Shown: piece by piece, positions 27,552 through 37,144 of the stretch
Position numbering within the stretch: position 1 is the stretch's first letter
Layout: the number at the start of each line of letters is the position of its first letter
Assembly: GCA_048886685.1 (NCBI GenBank)
Contig: JBHLKM010000001.1
Location: 192,001 to 256,000 of the forward strand
DNA length: 64,000 nt
DNA from: Candidatus Hodarchaeota archaeon
Lineage (GTDB): Archaea; Asgardarchaeota; Lokiarchaeia; Sigyniarchaeales; SOKP01
Reading direction: 5' to 3'
The notes under the pieces: model-generated
What the model was told of the DNA's origin: nothing
Databases searched by the model: none
Seen by the model: the letters and a program-made list of their open reading frames with translations, nothing else
Program-made: the position numbers and the translations under genes

Positions 27552-28919
27552 CTATTTCTGAGTTATTTGTTTATAAGCCTTTTCAAATCTTTCAACAGCA
27601 GAGATAATATCTTCTTTTCTTGAGCCTATTGCAGCATTCATGACAATATATGGTGTTGGATAATTTTCGCAACACGTACCAAATGCATTTTCTTTTGGAT
27701 TATACACTCGAGGACCTGTAACTCTTAAATTATATAAAGCTCCACCGATAGCAAATAAATGTTCTTCTTTTAAATTTTCAAGAGATAGAGCCACTGCTAC
27801 AGGATTATAAATTTCTAATATTCGCTCATTTAAATTCTTCGCTACAATTGATAATTCATCTTCAAGTAATTTTCTGTTTTGTTGTTGTTCTTCAATCAAT
27901 TTTTGATAACCATTAATTCCTAAAGAGAGCATAGATATTAAAAAATTAACAACTGGGGTAGCTGATGCCCGTCCAGCATAAGTTTGGCTGATTTTAAGTA
28001 TATTTTCTTTAAGGGGAGATGCAATTACGGCTCCTCCAACGGGAGTGAGAAAATTTTTATCAGTTGATTGAATTATCGCGTCAACTCTCCCAGCATCAAT
28101 TGCGGAACGAATTAATTTCATCCATTCCGGGCTTTGAACACCATAGGCATTGATAATTATATGAACCAAGTCATTTTCTTGTGCTAATTTGCTAATTTCC
28201 TTTAGATTGTCAGGTTCTCGTGGCGGAAAAAAACTTGTAATAGAGATTATTGAATAACAATCATTATCAATTTTAGTTTCTATATCTTTGGGAGGAATCC
28301 TTACGGCATCTCCAAAAATTTTACCTTTTACAATTTTTGTTTTAAATCCCATTAATTCTATCGATTTTAACAATGACTTGTGGTCAATTTGAGGAACTAA
28401 TACCGTTCTTTTACCATTTGAATATTGTTCATTCTCATCTGGCCTTAAAGCACCTAATGTTAAGGATAAAGACATCCCTGTGCATAATGGAACTACAATT
28501 GCTTCTTTTATATTTGGTAATCCGGAATTCCTTAATATATCTCGCGCTAAATAATTAGAGATTTCATACATTATAGAACCCCCAGGTGCTTTAGGTTGTG
28601 GAGCCGTTAAAAATCCACTTCTTCCTACTCCATGACAAAATCCTGCAGAAGTTTGAAGATGTAGTTTTGATGCTATTCTTGCCTCTCTTTCTCCTACTCT
28701 TGCTGCATTACTATCTTTATCAGTGTCCATATTCGAAAGAGTCTGTAAGAAGAATTCGATTTGTTCATCACTCCAAGGTTTCTTTGGAACACTTTTTTGT
28801 TCAAACAAAGTCTTTATTGGTTTCATGAAATTATTGAGTACAATTTGCCCTCTATCTAGCATATTTTGAGGAATAGCAGAATTTTGAAAAAACTCACTTA
28901 TCTTATTAAAATCCACCAT
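27552..28919 (-). CDS. spcS: O-phosphoseryl-tRNA(Sec) selenium transferase SepSecS
   Basis: MDTDK, GEREARI, HGVGRSG.L.APQPKAPG, ATGM-like CTGMSL, QSTDKNFLTPVGG, YAGRAS; adjacent to tRNA-Sec. Confidence 0.95.
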   Translation of the reverse strand: MVDFNKISEFFQNSAIPQNMLDRGQIVLNNFMKPIKTLFEQKSVPKKPWSDEQIEFFLQTLSNMDTDKDSNAARVGEREARIASKLHLQTSAGFCHGVGRSGFLTAPQPKAPGGSIMYEISNYLARDILRNSGLPNIKEAIVVPLCTGMSLSLTLGALRPDENEQYSNGKRTVLVPQIDHKSLLKSIELMGFKTKIVKGKIFGDAVRIPPKDIETKIDNDCYSIISITSFFPPREPDNLKEISKLAQENDLVHIIINAYGVQSPEWMKLIRSAIDAGRVDAIIQSTDKNFLTPVGGAVIASPLKENILKISQTYAGRASATPVVNFLISMLSLGINGYQKLIEEQQQNRKLLEDELSIVAKNLNERILEIYNPVAVALSLENLKEEHLFAIGGALYNLRVTGPRVYNPKENAFGTCCENYPTPYIVMNAAIGSRKEDIISAVERFEKAYKQITQK

Positions 28920-29072
28920 GATATATCACTTATCCAATCATACAAAGTAAATAAAATAAATAAAGCATTTTGTCAAATAATTCTTTTGATATTTTTTAAT
29001 TAAAGCATTTTAAGTCATCTTAAGTAAAATTAAAAAAAATTGAAAAAAAAGAATAGTGTAATAGGAGAAATT

Positions 29073-29165
29073 TGGCGGCCCTCGAGGGGAATCGAACCCC
29101 TATCCCTCCGCAGGATAACTGGGTTTGAAGCCCAGTGTCAGAGACCACTCTAACCGTCAAGGGCC
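29073..29165 (-). tRNA. selC: tRNA-Sec(TCA)
   Basis: 9-bp acceptor GGCCCTTGA/TCGAGGGCC; 7-bp D-stem; CTGGG-CTTCAAA-CCCAG; long variable arm; 4-bp T-stem; encoded GCCA end. Confidence 0.95.
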
Positions 29166-29169
29166 TTAG

Positions 29170-30387
29170 CTAATCAAAAACTTTTGAAAGACGTTCTCCA
29201 TTTTCAAATATAGCATTAGCTTTTTCCATAAAAGAGGGTATATCAATCTGTTGAGGACACTTATCAAGACATTCACCACACTCAATACAGAGGGCAGCAG
29301 CACCTTCAACATCTTCACCTTCAGCCTTCCTTTTCTCTAAATCTTCATCTGTTTTTGCCATCCTATCATAGAAAAAATTAATTCTAGGTTTCCCCCTGTC
29401 ACCCCAATAATAGAGATCATTTACTAATCTAAGAACATTGGGGATACTAACTCCATTGGGACATGGAAGACAATAACCACAACTTGTACATGGAATTATT
29501 GTATAATTATTATATGCTTCACGTAATTCAGAAATAGTTTTTAATTCTTTATCGGTTAGTAAGTTTATTCTTGAATTTTCTGCGGATTCAATATTTTCTA
29601 CAACTTGCTCCATAGCACTCATTCCACTTAATACTACTGATACTTCAGGATGGTTCCAAACGAATTGCAAAGCCCAATCAGGCATTCTTCTTTTAATCTC
29701 AGATTTATCCAGCACTTCTTTAATTTCAGGCTTTCTGTCTAATACACGATCAGGAATGGCTAATTTTCCTCCACGAATTGGTTCCATAATTATCAAAGCA
29801 ATTCCCTTACTACCAGCGTATTGCACTCCTTTAGTACCAGCTTGATAATCAATGTCAAGGTAGTTATATTGGATTTGACAGCAATCCCAATTATAATAGT
29901 CTATGATCTCTTTAAACACCTCATAATTATCATGAAAAGAAAAGCCAATGTATTTAATTAATCCCTTTTCTTTAGCTTCTTCCATTTTTTTGATTAAGTT
30001 CAAGTTTTTAATCTTCTCTAATCTATTTCTATTTAATCCGTGAAAGAGATAGATATCAGGTTTAGTTTGTAAACGTTCAATTTGTTCATTGAGAAATTTA
30101 TCAAAATCTTCAGTTTTTTTTACCATCCATACAGGTGATTTAGTTGCGAGATGTACTTTGTCTCGGTATCCTTCTTTTAAAGCTTTTCCTACAATAATTT
30201 CACTCTGACCATTATGATAAGGGTAAGCAGTATCAACATAATTCACTCCATTATCAATTGCATATCGAATCATTTTGATTGCTTCTTCTTCATTTACTTT
30301 TAGTGGGTTAAATGAGGGTAATCTCATTGCCCCAAATCCAAGAGCAGAGACTTCCCAATCAAGTGAACCCATTTTTCTATACTTCAT
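29170..30387 (-). CDS. Aldo/keto reductase with C-terminal 4Fe-4S domain
   Basis: LGFGAMRLP, YVDTAYPYH, IGFSFH, CTSCGYCLPCP, CIECGECLDKCPQ. Confidence 0.92.
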   Translation of the reverse strand: MKYRKMGSLDWEVSALGFGAMRLPSFNPLKVNEEEAIKMIRYAIDNGVNYVDTAYPYHNGQSEIIVGKALKEGYRDKVHLATKSPVWMVKKTEDFDKFLNEQIERLQTKPDIYLFHGLNRNRLEKIKNLNLIKKMEEAKEKGLIKYIGFSFHDNYEVFKEIIDYYNWDCCQIQYNYLDIDYQAGTKGVQYAGSKGIALIIMEPIRGGKLAIPDRVLDRKPEIKEVLDKSEIKRRMPDWALQFVWNHPEVSVVLSGMSAMEQVVENIESAENSRINLLTDKELKTISELREAYNNYTIIPCTSCGYCLPCPNGVSIPNVLRLVNDLYYWGDRGKPRINFFYDRMAKTDEDLEKRKAEGEDVEGAAALCIECGECLDKCPQQIDIPSFMEKANAIFENGERLSKVFD

Positions 30388-30624
30388 GGTAATCTTTATT
30401 ATTGTTTTTTATATAATTAATACAAAAAAGAAACAATTCTAATTGAAGTTTATTCTTTATTTATATTAGGAAAAATTATTGCAGAGATATTATAATGTCT
30501 TAAAATATATTCTATTTTAAGTAGAACTATTTTAAATAACGAATTACTAAATTTGAACTGTTTTTCTCTTTATAAATAAATAACTGCTAGATTCATAGAA
30601 AAATAAAGTATTAAGGAAAATGAT

Positions 30625-30777
30625 ATGAGTAGTGATGCAGATCTTTCAATAGTTCTAAATTTGCTTGAATGCCCCTTTTATTCAAGTTGTTCTCTTCCAA
30701 AAATAAATTTCTTATGTAAAATTCCAGAATGTAAAAGTTGCTCAGAATATAATGCCAAATTAATAAAAATACAATGA
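30625..30777 (+). CDS. Small Cys-rich protein (50 aa, not in ORF track)
   Basis: MSSDADLSIVLNLLECPFYSSCSLPKINFLCKIPECKSCSEY...; CPF..C..C..C..C pattern. Confidence 0.5.
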   Translation: MSSDADLSIVLNLLECPFYSSCSLPKINFLCKIPECKSCSEYNAKLIKIQ

Positions 30778-30870
30778 AAATCATTTTACAATTTTATCTT
30801 TTATATCATCAATAGTAGCCCTTCTTAGGTTTAATGATTTCATTATTATGATCAAACTTTTATATAAAAT

Positions 30871-31569
30871 TTATTCTTCAAAATCCTCATATCTCATTTT
30901 GATATCCTCTATTGTCGGTCTCCTTGCCTTGTTTGAACCTATTTGAATATTATAAACCAATTCAAGGAAATATGTAATTAAAAAGGCGGTGGCTCCCCAA
31001 ATAGTATAGGTTCGCCAATTTTCTTCATTTAAAAAATTGAAATAAAAAACAGGGAATTTTATACCTTTAATATCAAAAGTTTGCTCTTTAAAATTGGATT
31101 TATCTACAAAAAAATTAATAGGGACTTTCAAGATTTTTTGAACTTCTCTCTCATCTCTTTGGAGTTTTTGATTTTCATCAATAATTCCTAGAAAGGGGGT
31201 AACAATATATTTCGTTGTCGTAGGAAAGTCATTTAAGCATCCGATTATTCTAATTTTACCTCGGGGAACCCCTATCTCCTCTTCAGTTTCTCTTAAGGCC
31301 GTGTCTTTTAAGGATTTATCAACATCAATCTCAAATTTTCCACCAGGAAAAGATATTTCACCTCTATGTCGTGTTCCTTCATCGGAACGGTGAATCAAAA
31401 CTAGTTCATAAGGTTTATTTTCATAAGGAATTATTAAAAAGACAACCGCAGCTTTAGTAAAAAAATCGTCTTGTAGAGAAACCCGTGAGAGTGAATCACA
31501 TGGGTATAGTTTTTTTTTTATCAAATTTTCGTTGAAAAGTAAGTCTATTGTGTCCATCTGTTTTTGCAA
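30871..31569 (-). CDS. CoA pyrophosphatase (NUDIX, NudL/PCD1 type)
   Basis: AAV, HRGEISFPGGK, TALRETEEEIG, IWGATA. Confidence 0.9.
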   Translation of the reverse strand: MQKQMDTIDLLFNENLIKKKLYPCDSLSRVSLQDDFFTKAAVVFLIIPYENKPYELVLIHRSDEGTRHRGEISFPGGKFEIDVDKSLKDTALRETEEEIGVPRGKIRIIGCLNDFPTTTKYIVTPFLGIIDENQKLQRDEREVQKILKVPINFFVDKSNFKEQTFDIKGIKFPVFYFNFLNEENWRTYTIWGATAFLITYFLELVYNIQIGSNKARRPTIEDIKMRYEDFEE

Positions 31570-31636
31570 AAAATTTTAAGATATTAAATATTTAAAAAAC
31601 ATAATATTTAATCCTAATAAAGTTTTTAGCAAGTGT

Positions 31637-31942
31637 TTGATTATGAAGCTTCCAAAGGAACTTAGAGATAAAAGAGATATGGGAGGAACAACTAAGACGA
31701 GAAAGTGTTCAGTAAAAGAATGTAATGAGAATGCAATCCGTTCTCTCTCTGAGAATGCGTGGAAGTTATATGTCGAAAAAGCAGGTTTAAAACTTAAAGA
31801 TAGCTCCAATCGTAAAATTTATTTGTGTAAACCACATTATAGTCAATCTAATAAATTTCGAAAATCACAAGAAAAGAATTTTCAGAAGAAAGGTTTTTTA
31901 GATAATTCAACTTCTCTTAAAAGAGGAAGGTGGGAGATTTAA
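31637..31942 (+). CDS. Small zinc-finger protein
   Basis: CSVKEC...A.RSLS...YLCKPHY (C2-CH); true start may be the internal ATG (MGGTT). Confidence 0.7.
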   Translation: MIMKLPKELRDKRDMGGTTKTRKCSVKECNENAIRSLSENAWKLYVEKAGLKLKDSSNRKIYLCKPHYSQSNKFRKSQEKNFQKKGFLDNSTSLKRGRWEI

Positions 31943-32064
31943 GGATTTCCTACCATTTTATCATAAAAAGAATTTATCAAATTATGCTGTCCTTGCGCGA
32001 TCCCTATTGTTAATAAAGAAAGTGCTATTATGAGTATTATAATTGTAATTATCTTGTTTCTCAT
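31939..32064 (-). CDS. Small single-TM protein (41 aa, not in ORF track)
   Basis: MRNKIITIIILIIALSLLTIGIAQGQHNLINSFYDKMVGNP*. Confidence 0.5.
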   Translation of the reverse strand: MRNKIITIIILIIALSLLTIGIAQGQHNLINSFYDKMVGNP

Positions 32065-32114
32065 TTTTATCAAATTTGAAAATATTGCTTTATAAAAATA
32101 GTTTTAGTATAACT

Positions 32115-32987
32115 TTACTTTGTTAATTCCTCTAAAGTCTTGATTTTAGTATTAATCTTTTTTAATCTTAAATCAAAATCTTCATCTTTTTCTTGATATT
32201 GCTCTTCTGTTATCTCTTTCGCGTGAAATTGACCTTTGTTAAGTTTGCGTTCACTAGATAACTCTACTTTCTCTAGCTTTAAGTCTTGTATCCATAATTT
32301 CATACCAGTAGTTAATTCTTCTCTTTGTGTCTCCAAGTCTAATTTTTCTTGTTTATATTTCTCCCTCAATTTCTCAAAGGTTTCTCTATCAACTTTATGT
32401 AATTTATGTTCACGACTTAAATTCTCAAGGTGTTGCACTTTAGTATCAATATCATTTTGAATTCGTTGTACAATGAAAGGTTCTTCTAAATTTTGTTTAA
32501 TGACGGTTTCTTTTTGTTTCATTTCGTTTATAAGTGTTTTAATCGCTTCTAGTTTTATATTAACTTCGTTCTTGAAGGCTGTATCATATTCATATCTAGT
32601 GTCTTTAGTTAGTTTCGAAATTTCATTTAGTTTGTCTATTAAGACCTTTTTATTTAATTGGATATCATTATATTCAATGTAATATACCATTTGTTCTTTT
32701 ACATCTTCAGGAAGAGGTTTTACATCTTTTTTTTCTTTCGATTTCTTAGATTTCTTTTTATTTTTTTCATTTTCTTCCATTTCTAATATTTCTTCAGTCT
32801 TTTCTTCCACAATTGGTTCTTCTTCTTTAAACTTTTTTTCCGGTGCCTCTTTTTCCTTAGTATCTTTGATTTCAGACTTCCGCTCTGTCTTTGGGATATC
32901 AGAAAGAAGGGGTTTCCCACATATGATACAAAATTTATCAGATTCTTTTACAGGGTTGCCACAGTAGGGACAAAACTTAGGACTCAT
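32115..32987 (-). CDS. Zinc-ribbon + coiled-coil protein (CdvA/SHOCT-like repeats)
   Basis: FCPYCG..FCIICG; HKVDRETFEKL and KEITEEQYQEK motifs. Confidence 0.7.
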   Translation of the reverse strand: MSPKFCPYCGNPVKESDKFCIICGKPLLSDIPKTERKSEIKDTKEKEAPEKKFKEEEPIVEEKTEEILEMEENEKNKKKSKKSKEKKDVKPLPEDVKEQMVYYIEYNDIQLNKKVLIDKLNEISKLTKDTRYEYDTAFKNEVNIKLEAIKTLINEMKQKETVIKQNLEEPFIVQRIQNDIDTKVQHLENLSREHKLHKVDRETFEKLREKYKQEKLDLETQREELTTGMKLWIQDLKLEKVELSSERKLNKGQFHAKEITEEQYQEKDEDFDLRLKKINTKIKTLEELTK

Positions 32988-33125
32988 ATAATATTTAAAA
33001 GCAAAATAGTAAATAAAATTAATCGAGTCCGATTTTTAAACACTCTTTTACTTTTATATTTAAATTAAGTTGCTATATTATAAAAAAGGAATTTATATCC
33101 TACATCATTTTTTTAATAGATTAAG

Positions 33126-34544
33126 ATGGATATTACTAAGAAAATTCCAGTACATATTGGATTATTTGGTCATATAGATTCTGGGAAAACGGCAATAGCG
33201 AAAGTCCTTAGCGAAATTATATCAACAGCTGGTATCGATGCTCATCCTCAAAGTAAAGAAAGAGGGATTACGATAGATATAGGGTTTACTAGCTTCGTAC
33301 TTGAAGATTACCTTATTACACTCGTCGATGGTCCTGGGCATGCTGATCTAATTAAAATCAGTGCTTCATCTGTGGAAATCATTGATTGTGCTTTGATAGT
33401 TATTGATATAAATAAGGGGCCTCAAGTACAAACCGGAGAGCATATTATTATGATTGAATCCTTAGGAATTAGTAAAATAATTGTAATTCTTAATAAAACT
33501 GATCTCTTCTCTGGAAGTGTAAATGATGAGGTAGAAAAGACAAGGAATTTTTTTAACACTACTACTTATGGTTCAAATGTACCTATTTATCCTGTTTCTG
33601 CGAAATCAAACACTGGTTTTACACAATTAAAAGAAGGAATATTAGAAATTATAAATTCAATAGAATTAAAAAGGGATATTGGAGGAGATATTATAATTCC
33701 TATAGATCACCATTTTCCAATTAAAGGTAGGGGTGCTGTATTGACAGGAACATTACTAAGTGGTAATTTGAGATTAAATCAAAATTTAGATATACTACCA
33801 ATTAAATCTTCAGGTCGAGTTAAAAGTATTCAGATTTTTCATCAAGATGTCGATAGTGCGAAAGCAGGTGACCGAATAGGAATTAATGTAAAAGGAGTAG
33901 ATGTGAATAAAATCTATCGTGGTTGTTATGCAACAAACAATCCGGAAGCTTTTGAGTATTGTGATGTTATTGAAGTGAATGTTAATAATAATAAACTCTT
34001 TAAACCAAAGACTCATTTTGGAACTCAAGTCCATATAACGATCGGTATGTTGACCATCGTAGGTAATATCTATCCTTATTATGAAAAAGATAGTAAAAGA
34101 ATTCAATCTACTGTCTCAAACAAAGATAATGGATTTAATGCCTTAATAATTTTAAGAGAAAAGGTTTTAATTAGAAAAAAAAGATCCATGATGCTTATAA
34201 GTCGGTTAGATTTACCCCCTACAACACTTAGAATTTTAGGGTCAGCAAAAATATTAAAAATTCATAAAAATCCTCCGCTTTTTTATAAGCATAAAATAAA
34301 AAAGGGTACTATAAAGAATCCAAACCATTCTCAAGGTATAATATGTACAGGACTAGCTCAAAGTGTGATAGGTGCTAAAAAGATTGTAGGTAAGAAGTTA
34401 GAATATCCTTTTACAAGAATTTTAAATACGTTTGGTACGAAAGGAAATGTTATTGTGGGAATAGAAACAAATGAGACAGAAGTAAAAAAGGGAGATCCGG
34501 TTTATCTAAAGGAGTTAAGAAGTTTTTATCTAAAAAATATTTAA
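33126..34544 (+). CDS. selB: Selenocysteine-specific elongation factor SelB/eEFSec
   Basis: GHIDSGKT, QSKERGITIDIGF, DGPGH, QTGEH, NKTD, IDHHFPIKGRGAVLTGT; archaeal/eukaryal-type C-domain; near SepSecS and tRNA-Sec. Confidence 0.93.
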   Translation: MDITKKIPVHIGLFGHIDSGKTAIAKVLSEIISTAGIDAHPQSKERGITIDIGFTSFVLEDYLITLVDGPGHADLIKISASSVEIIDCALIVIDINKGPQVQTGEHIIMIESLGISKIIVILNKTDLFSGSVNDEVEKTRNFFNTTTYGSNVPIYPVSAKSNTGFTQLKEGILEIINSIELKRDIGGDIIIPIDHHFPIKGRGAVLTGTLLSGNLRLNQNLDILPIKSSGRVKSIQIFHQDVDSAKAGDRIGINVKGVDVNKIYRGCYATNNPEAFEYCDVIEVNVNNNKLFKPKTHFGTQVHITIGMLTIVGNIYPYYEKDSKRIQSTVSNKDNGFNALIILREKVLIRKKRSMMLISRLDLPPTTLRILGSAKILKIHKNPPLFYKHKIKKGTIKNPNHSQGIICTGLAQSVIGAKKIVGKKLEYPFTRILNTFGTKGNVIVGIETNETEVKKGDPVYLKELRSFYLKNI

Positions 34545-34575
34545 ATTCTTAAAAACCATTATAATTATATTAGAG

Positions 34576-35019
34576 GTGTTAAAATTGGAAAAAGCTGAAG
34601 ATTCTGAAATTGAAATCAGTCAACAGATTTTAGATGAGTTAATGAGAGCATTAGAACAATTAGAAAGTTCTACCGATTTGGAAGGAACAGCTATTGTTTC
34701 AAAAACAGGATTAAGAATTGCTAGTTCAGAAACCGCTGATGTTGTTTGGGATATCTACAGCGCAAGTCCAGCAACATTGATTTCACTAGGGGAAAAGATT
34801 AGCCAAGGTTTACAACAAGGTGAGTTAAGAGATATTGTTATTAGAGGAGCTAAGGGGTATACAATTATTTTAGTAGGTGATGCCGATAATGATTTTATGT
34901 TATTTACAAATTGTAAAAAAGGATATAAACTAGGTTATTATTTTCATAAAATTAGAAAATCTTTTAGGGATATAGAACCTGTGTTAAAGAAAATCCAAAC
35001 CAAGGATACGAATTATTAA
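34576..35019 (+). CDS. Roadblock/LC7 domain protein
   Basis: DLEGTAIVSKTGLRIAS, GELRDIVIRGAKGYTII, KLG. Confidence 0.85.
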   Translation: MLKLEKAEDSEIEISQQILDELMRALEQLESSTDLEGTAIVSKTGLRIASSETADVVWDIYSASPATLISLGEKISQGLQQGELRDIVIRGAKGYTIILVGDADNDFMLFTNCKKGYKLGYYFHKIRKSFRDIEPVLKKIQTKDTNY

Positions 35020-35069
35020 TATTACTCTTTTTCGTTGAAATCGAAAAGAGAAAAAAAATTGTTAATAAT

Positions 35070-36839
35070 CTAACCATAAACCCATTCAACAGAATCTCCA
35101 TTTTTTAGATTGTATTTGTTTGAAGAAACTCCAGGATAATCACCATTAATAGAATAACGCCAGTTGCCTCGAATTCCATCTATTTCTTCTACAAGAATAC
35201 CCATTTCACCATAATCTTTATATTCCACTTCACACCAATTGATCAATGCATCAAAGGCTGTGGTATTATAATCGGTTAACTCAAAGTTTTCCAATGTTTT
35301 TATTGTTCCATTTCCGTAATCAACAATTAAAGTAATGTTTTGAACTTCACGCAAAGGTTCATTTACTTCAGCAACCTCTATACTAGAAGTAAACACAAAA
35401 AATGAAGCGAAACTTGCACTAGCTAAGATTGCGATTATAATATATTTATTAAACTTCTTGAAATTAGTCTTAAGCTTTGAGATGATTAGAGATGTTGAAA
35501 TAATGATTATACTTAAAGAGGTTATAACTATATAGGGGAGGAATTTTAAAAGAAAATTATCCGCTGGACTAGGTTCTTTTTCATTTAGTTCCCATGGGAT
35601 ATAATTGTCAAGTACCATTTCAAGTAAATAACTAGCAACAGAAGAATTGACCCAAAGTAATAGTCCAGTTCGTTTTTCATAAATCATAGAAGTTCTTTGA
35701 CCACCACCGATTTGATCAAATGATATTTTAATAGTTAATTGAGTTTCTTCAACAGAAACTAACCCGTTTACAAATCCCGATGCTTGTTCTAATGCTAAAT
35801 TCTTTACTTTAGTTAAATTTTCAATAATTTGCAGAATAAAACCAGGCTGAAAGTTATTATATCCAAGTATTAAACTCCAAGCAAGTTCACTATTAGATCT
35901 GTTTGTTAGTGTAAAATTAGTCGATAAAATCCCTGAACTGTTTTCTAATATCTCAATATCAAACCAAGGAATAGGATCGTCAATAACATTACCCCAATCA
36001 TTAGGATCTTTGTTATAATAACCTGTTAAATTAAGTTTAATTTGCCCTCCTGCATTTGTTTTCCATTTTCCTTCAAATCCACCTGTAAAGTTATACCAAC
36101 CTGTTGCTCCACTGAATCTAGAAACATTATAAATAATATTATCTTCTATTGTGAAATTCAGTGATTTAATTTCAAGTAGATATCCAAAAACACTCGATTT
36201 TGCCCACACTAACAAACCTGTCTCTTTATCATAAATCATGTGAGTTTTCTGATTTCCACCAATTTGATCAAAGCCAATAAAGAGAAAATTATAAGTTTCT
36301 TCTATATTAACTAATCCTTCAAGATCAAATAATCCTCCGGGATTTGCTTGACTTAAAGCAGAATCTTTTATATATGTTAGATTTTCCTTTGGTATTAAAA
36401 ATCCTGGCTGAAATGTATTATACCCAAAAGTTAACGATCTCGCAATTTCACTATTAGACCTATTATTCAAGGTAAAATTGGCAGTCAGTACTCCAAGATT
36501 ATATTCCAGTATCTCAATATCAAACCAGGGTATTGGATCTTCAAATAAATTACCCCAATCATAAGGATCTTTGTTATAAAAACCTGTTAAATTAAGTTTA
36601 ATTTGCCCTCCTGCATTTGTTCTCCAATTTCCTTCAAATCCACCTGAAAAATTATACCAACCTACTTCGCTGCTGAATTGAGTAACATTATATACATATG
36701 TGCTATTTATGGTTAATTCTTCAGAATATGAAGTAGGAATACTAGCGTCAGCTTTTACAATTGGAATGGAACTTTGATATAATAGTTGTACTAAAACTAA
36801 CAAGCTGACAATAAACAATGTTTTTTTAATAGTTTGCAT
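35070..36839 (-). CDS. Membrane protein with internally duplicated extracellular domain and C-terminal DUF4430 (transcobalamin-like) domain
   Basis: Signal peptide, two ~187-aa repeats, 2 TMs, VDYGNGT..TAFDAL..VEEIDG..WRYSING..LKNGDSVEW. Confidence 0.75.
   Translation of the reverse strand: MQTIKKTLFIVSLLVLVQLLYQSSIPIVKADASIPTSYSEELTINSTYVYNVTQFSSEVGWYNFSGGFEGNWRTNAGGQIKLNLTGFYNKDPYDWGNLFEDPIPWFDIEILEYNLGVLTANFTLNNRSNSEIARSLTFGYNTFQPGFLIPKENLTYIKDSALSQANPGGLFDLEGLVNIEETYNFLFIGFDQIGGNQKTHMIYDKETGLLVWAKSSVFGYLLEIKSLNFTIEDNIIYNVSRFSGATGWYNFTGGFEGKWKTNAGGQIKLNLTGYYNKDPNDWGNVIDDPIPWFDIEILENSSGILSTNFTLTNRSNSELAWSLILGYNNFQPGFILQIIENLTKVKNLALEQASGFVNGLVSVEETQLTIKISFDQIGGGQRTSMIYEKRTGLLLWVNSSVASYLLEMVLDNYIPWELNEKEPSPADNFLLKFLPYIVITSLSIIIISTSLIISKLKTNFKKFNKYIIIAILASASFASFFVFTSSIEVAEVNEPLREVQNITLIVDYGNGTIKTLENFELTDYNTTAFDALINWCEVEYKDYGEMGILVEEIDGIRGNWRYSINGDYPGVSSNKYNLKNGDSVEWVYG
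36004..36663. repeat. Direct repeat 36004-36102 / 36565-36663 (99 nt, 5 mismatches; 561-nt period)
   Basis: Direct comparison of the two copies inside the ORF. Confidence 0.85.
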
Positions 36840-37144
36840 GTTCCAACTTGATTTTTTTCATTTAGATGATTGTTTATTTAAACAAATATATGTTTGATTA
36901 AAAATATTATTAGGAAACTTATCCTAAAAAAACTTTTCTCCATTTATTAAGATTTCGATTTAAAATTCTCTTAAAAGAAGAAAATTTTTAATAAAAATAT
37001 AAGAGGTTTTTTCTGATCTAATGGGATTTAAATAACCTTAATACAAAAAATTTGACACAATGGAATTCGCCTATAAGATTTAAAAATATTTGCTGAATTT
37101 GATAATTTATATATTATTATAAAAACGAGTCATAAGAAAAGATA

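Noticed and set aside
36004-36663. Possible DGR template/variable repeat pair (4 of 5 mismatches at coding-strand A)
   Set aside because: Both copies are in one ORF, flanking mismatches are not A-specific, and there is no reverse transcriptase in the window
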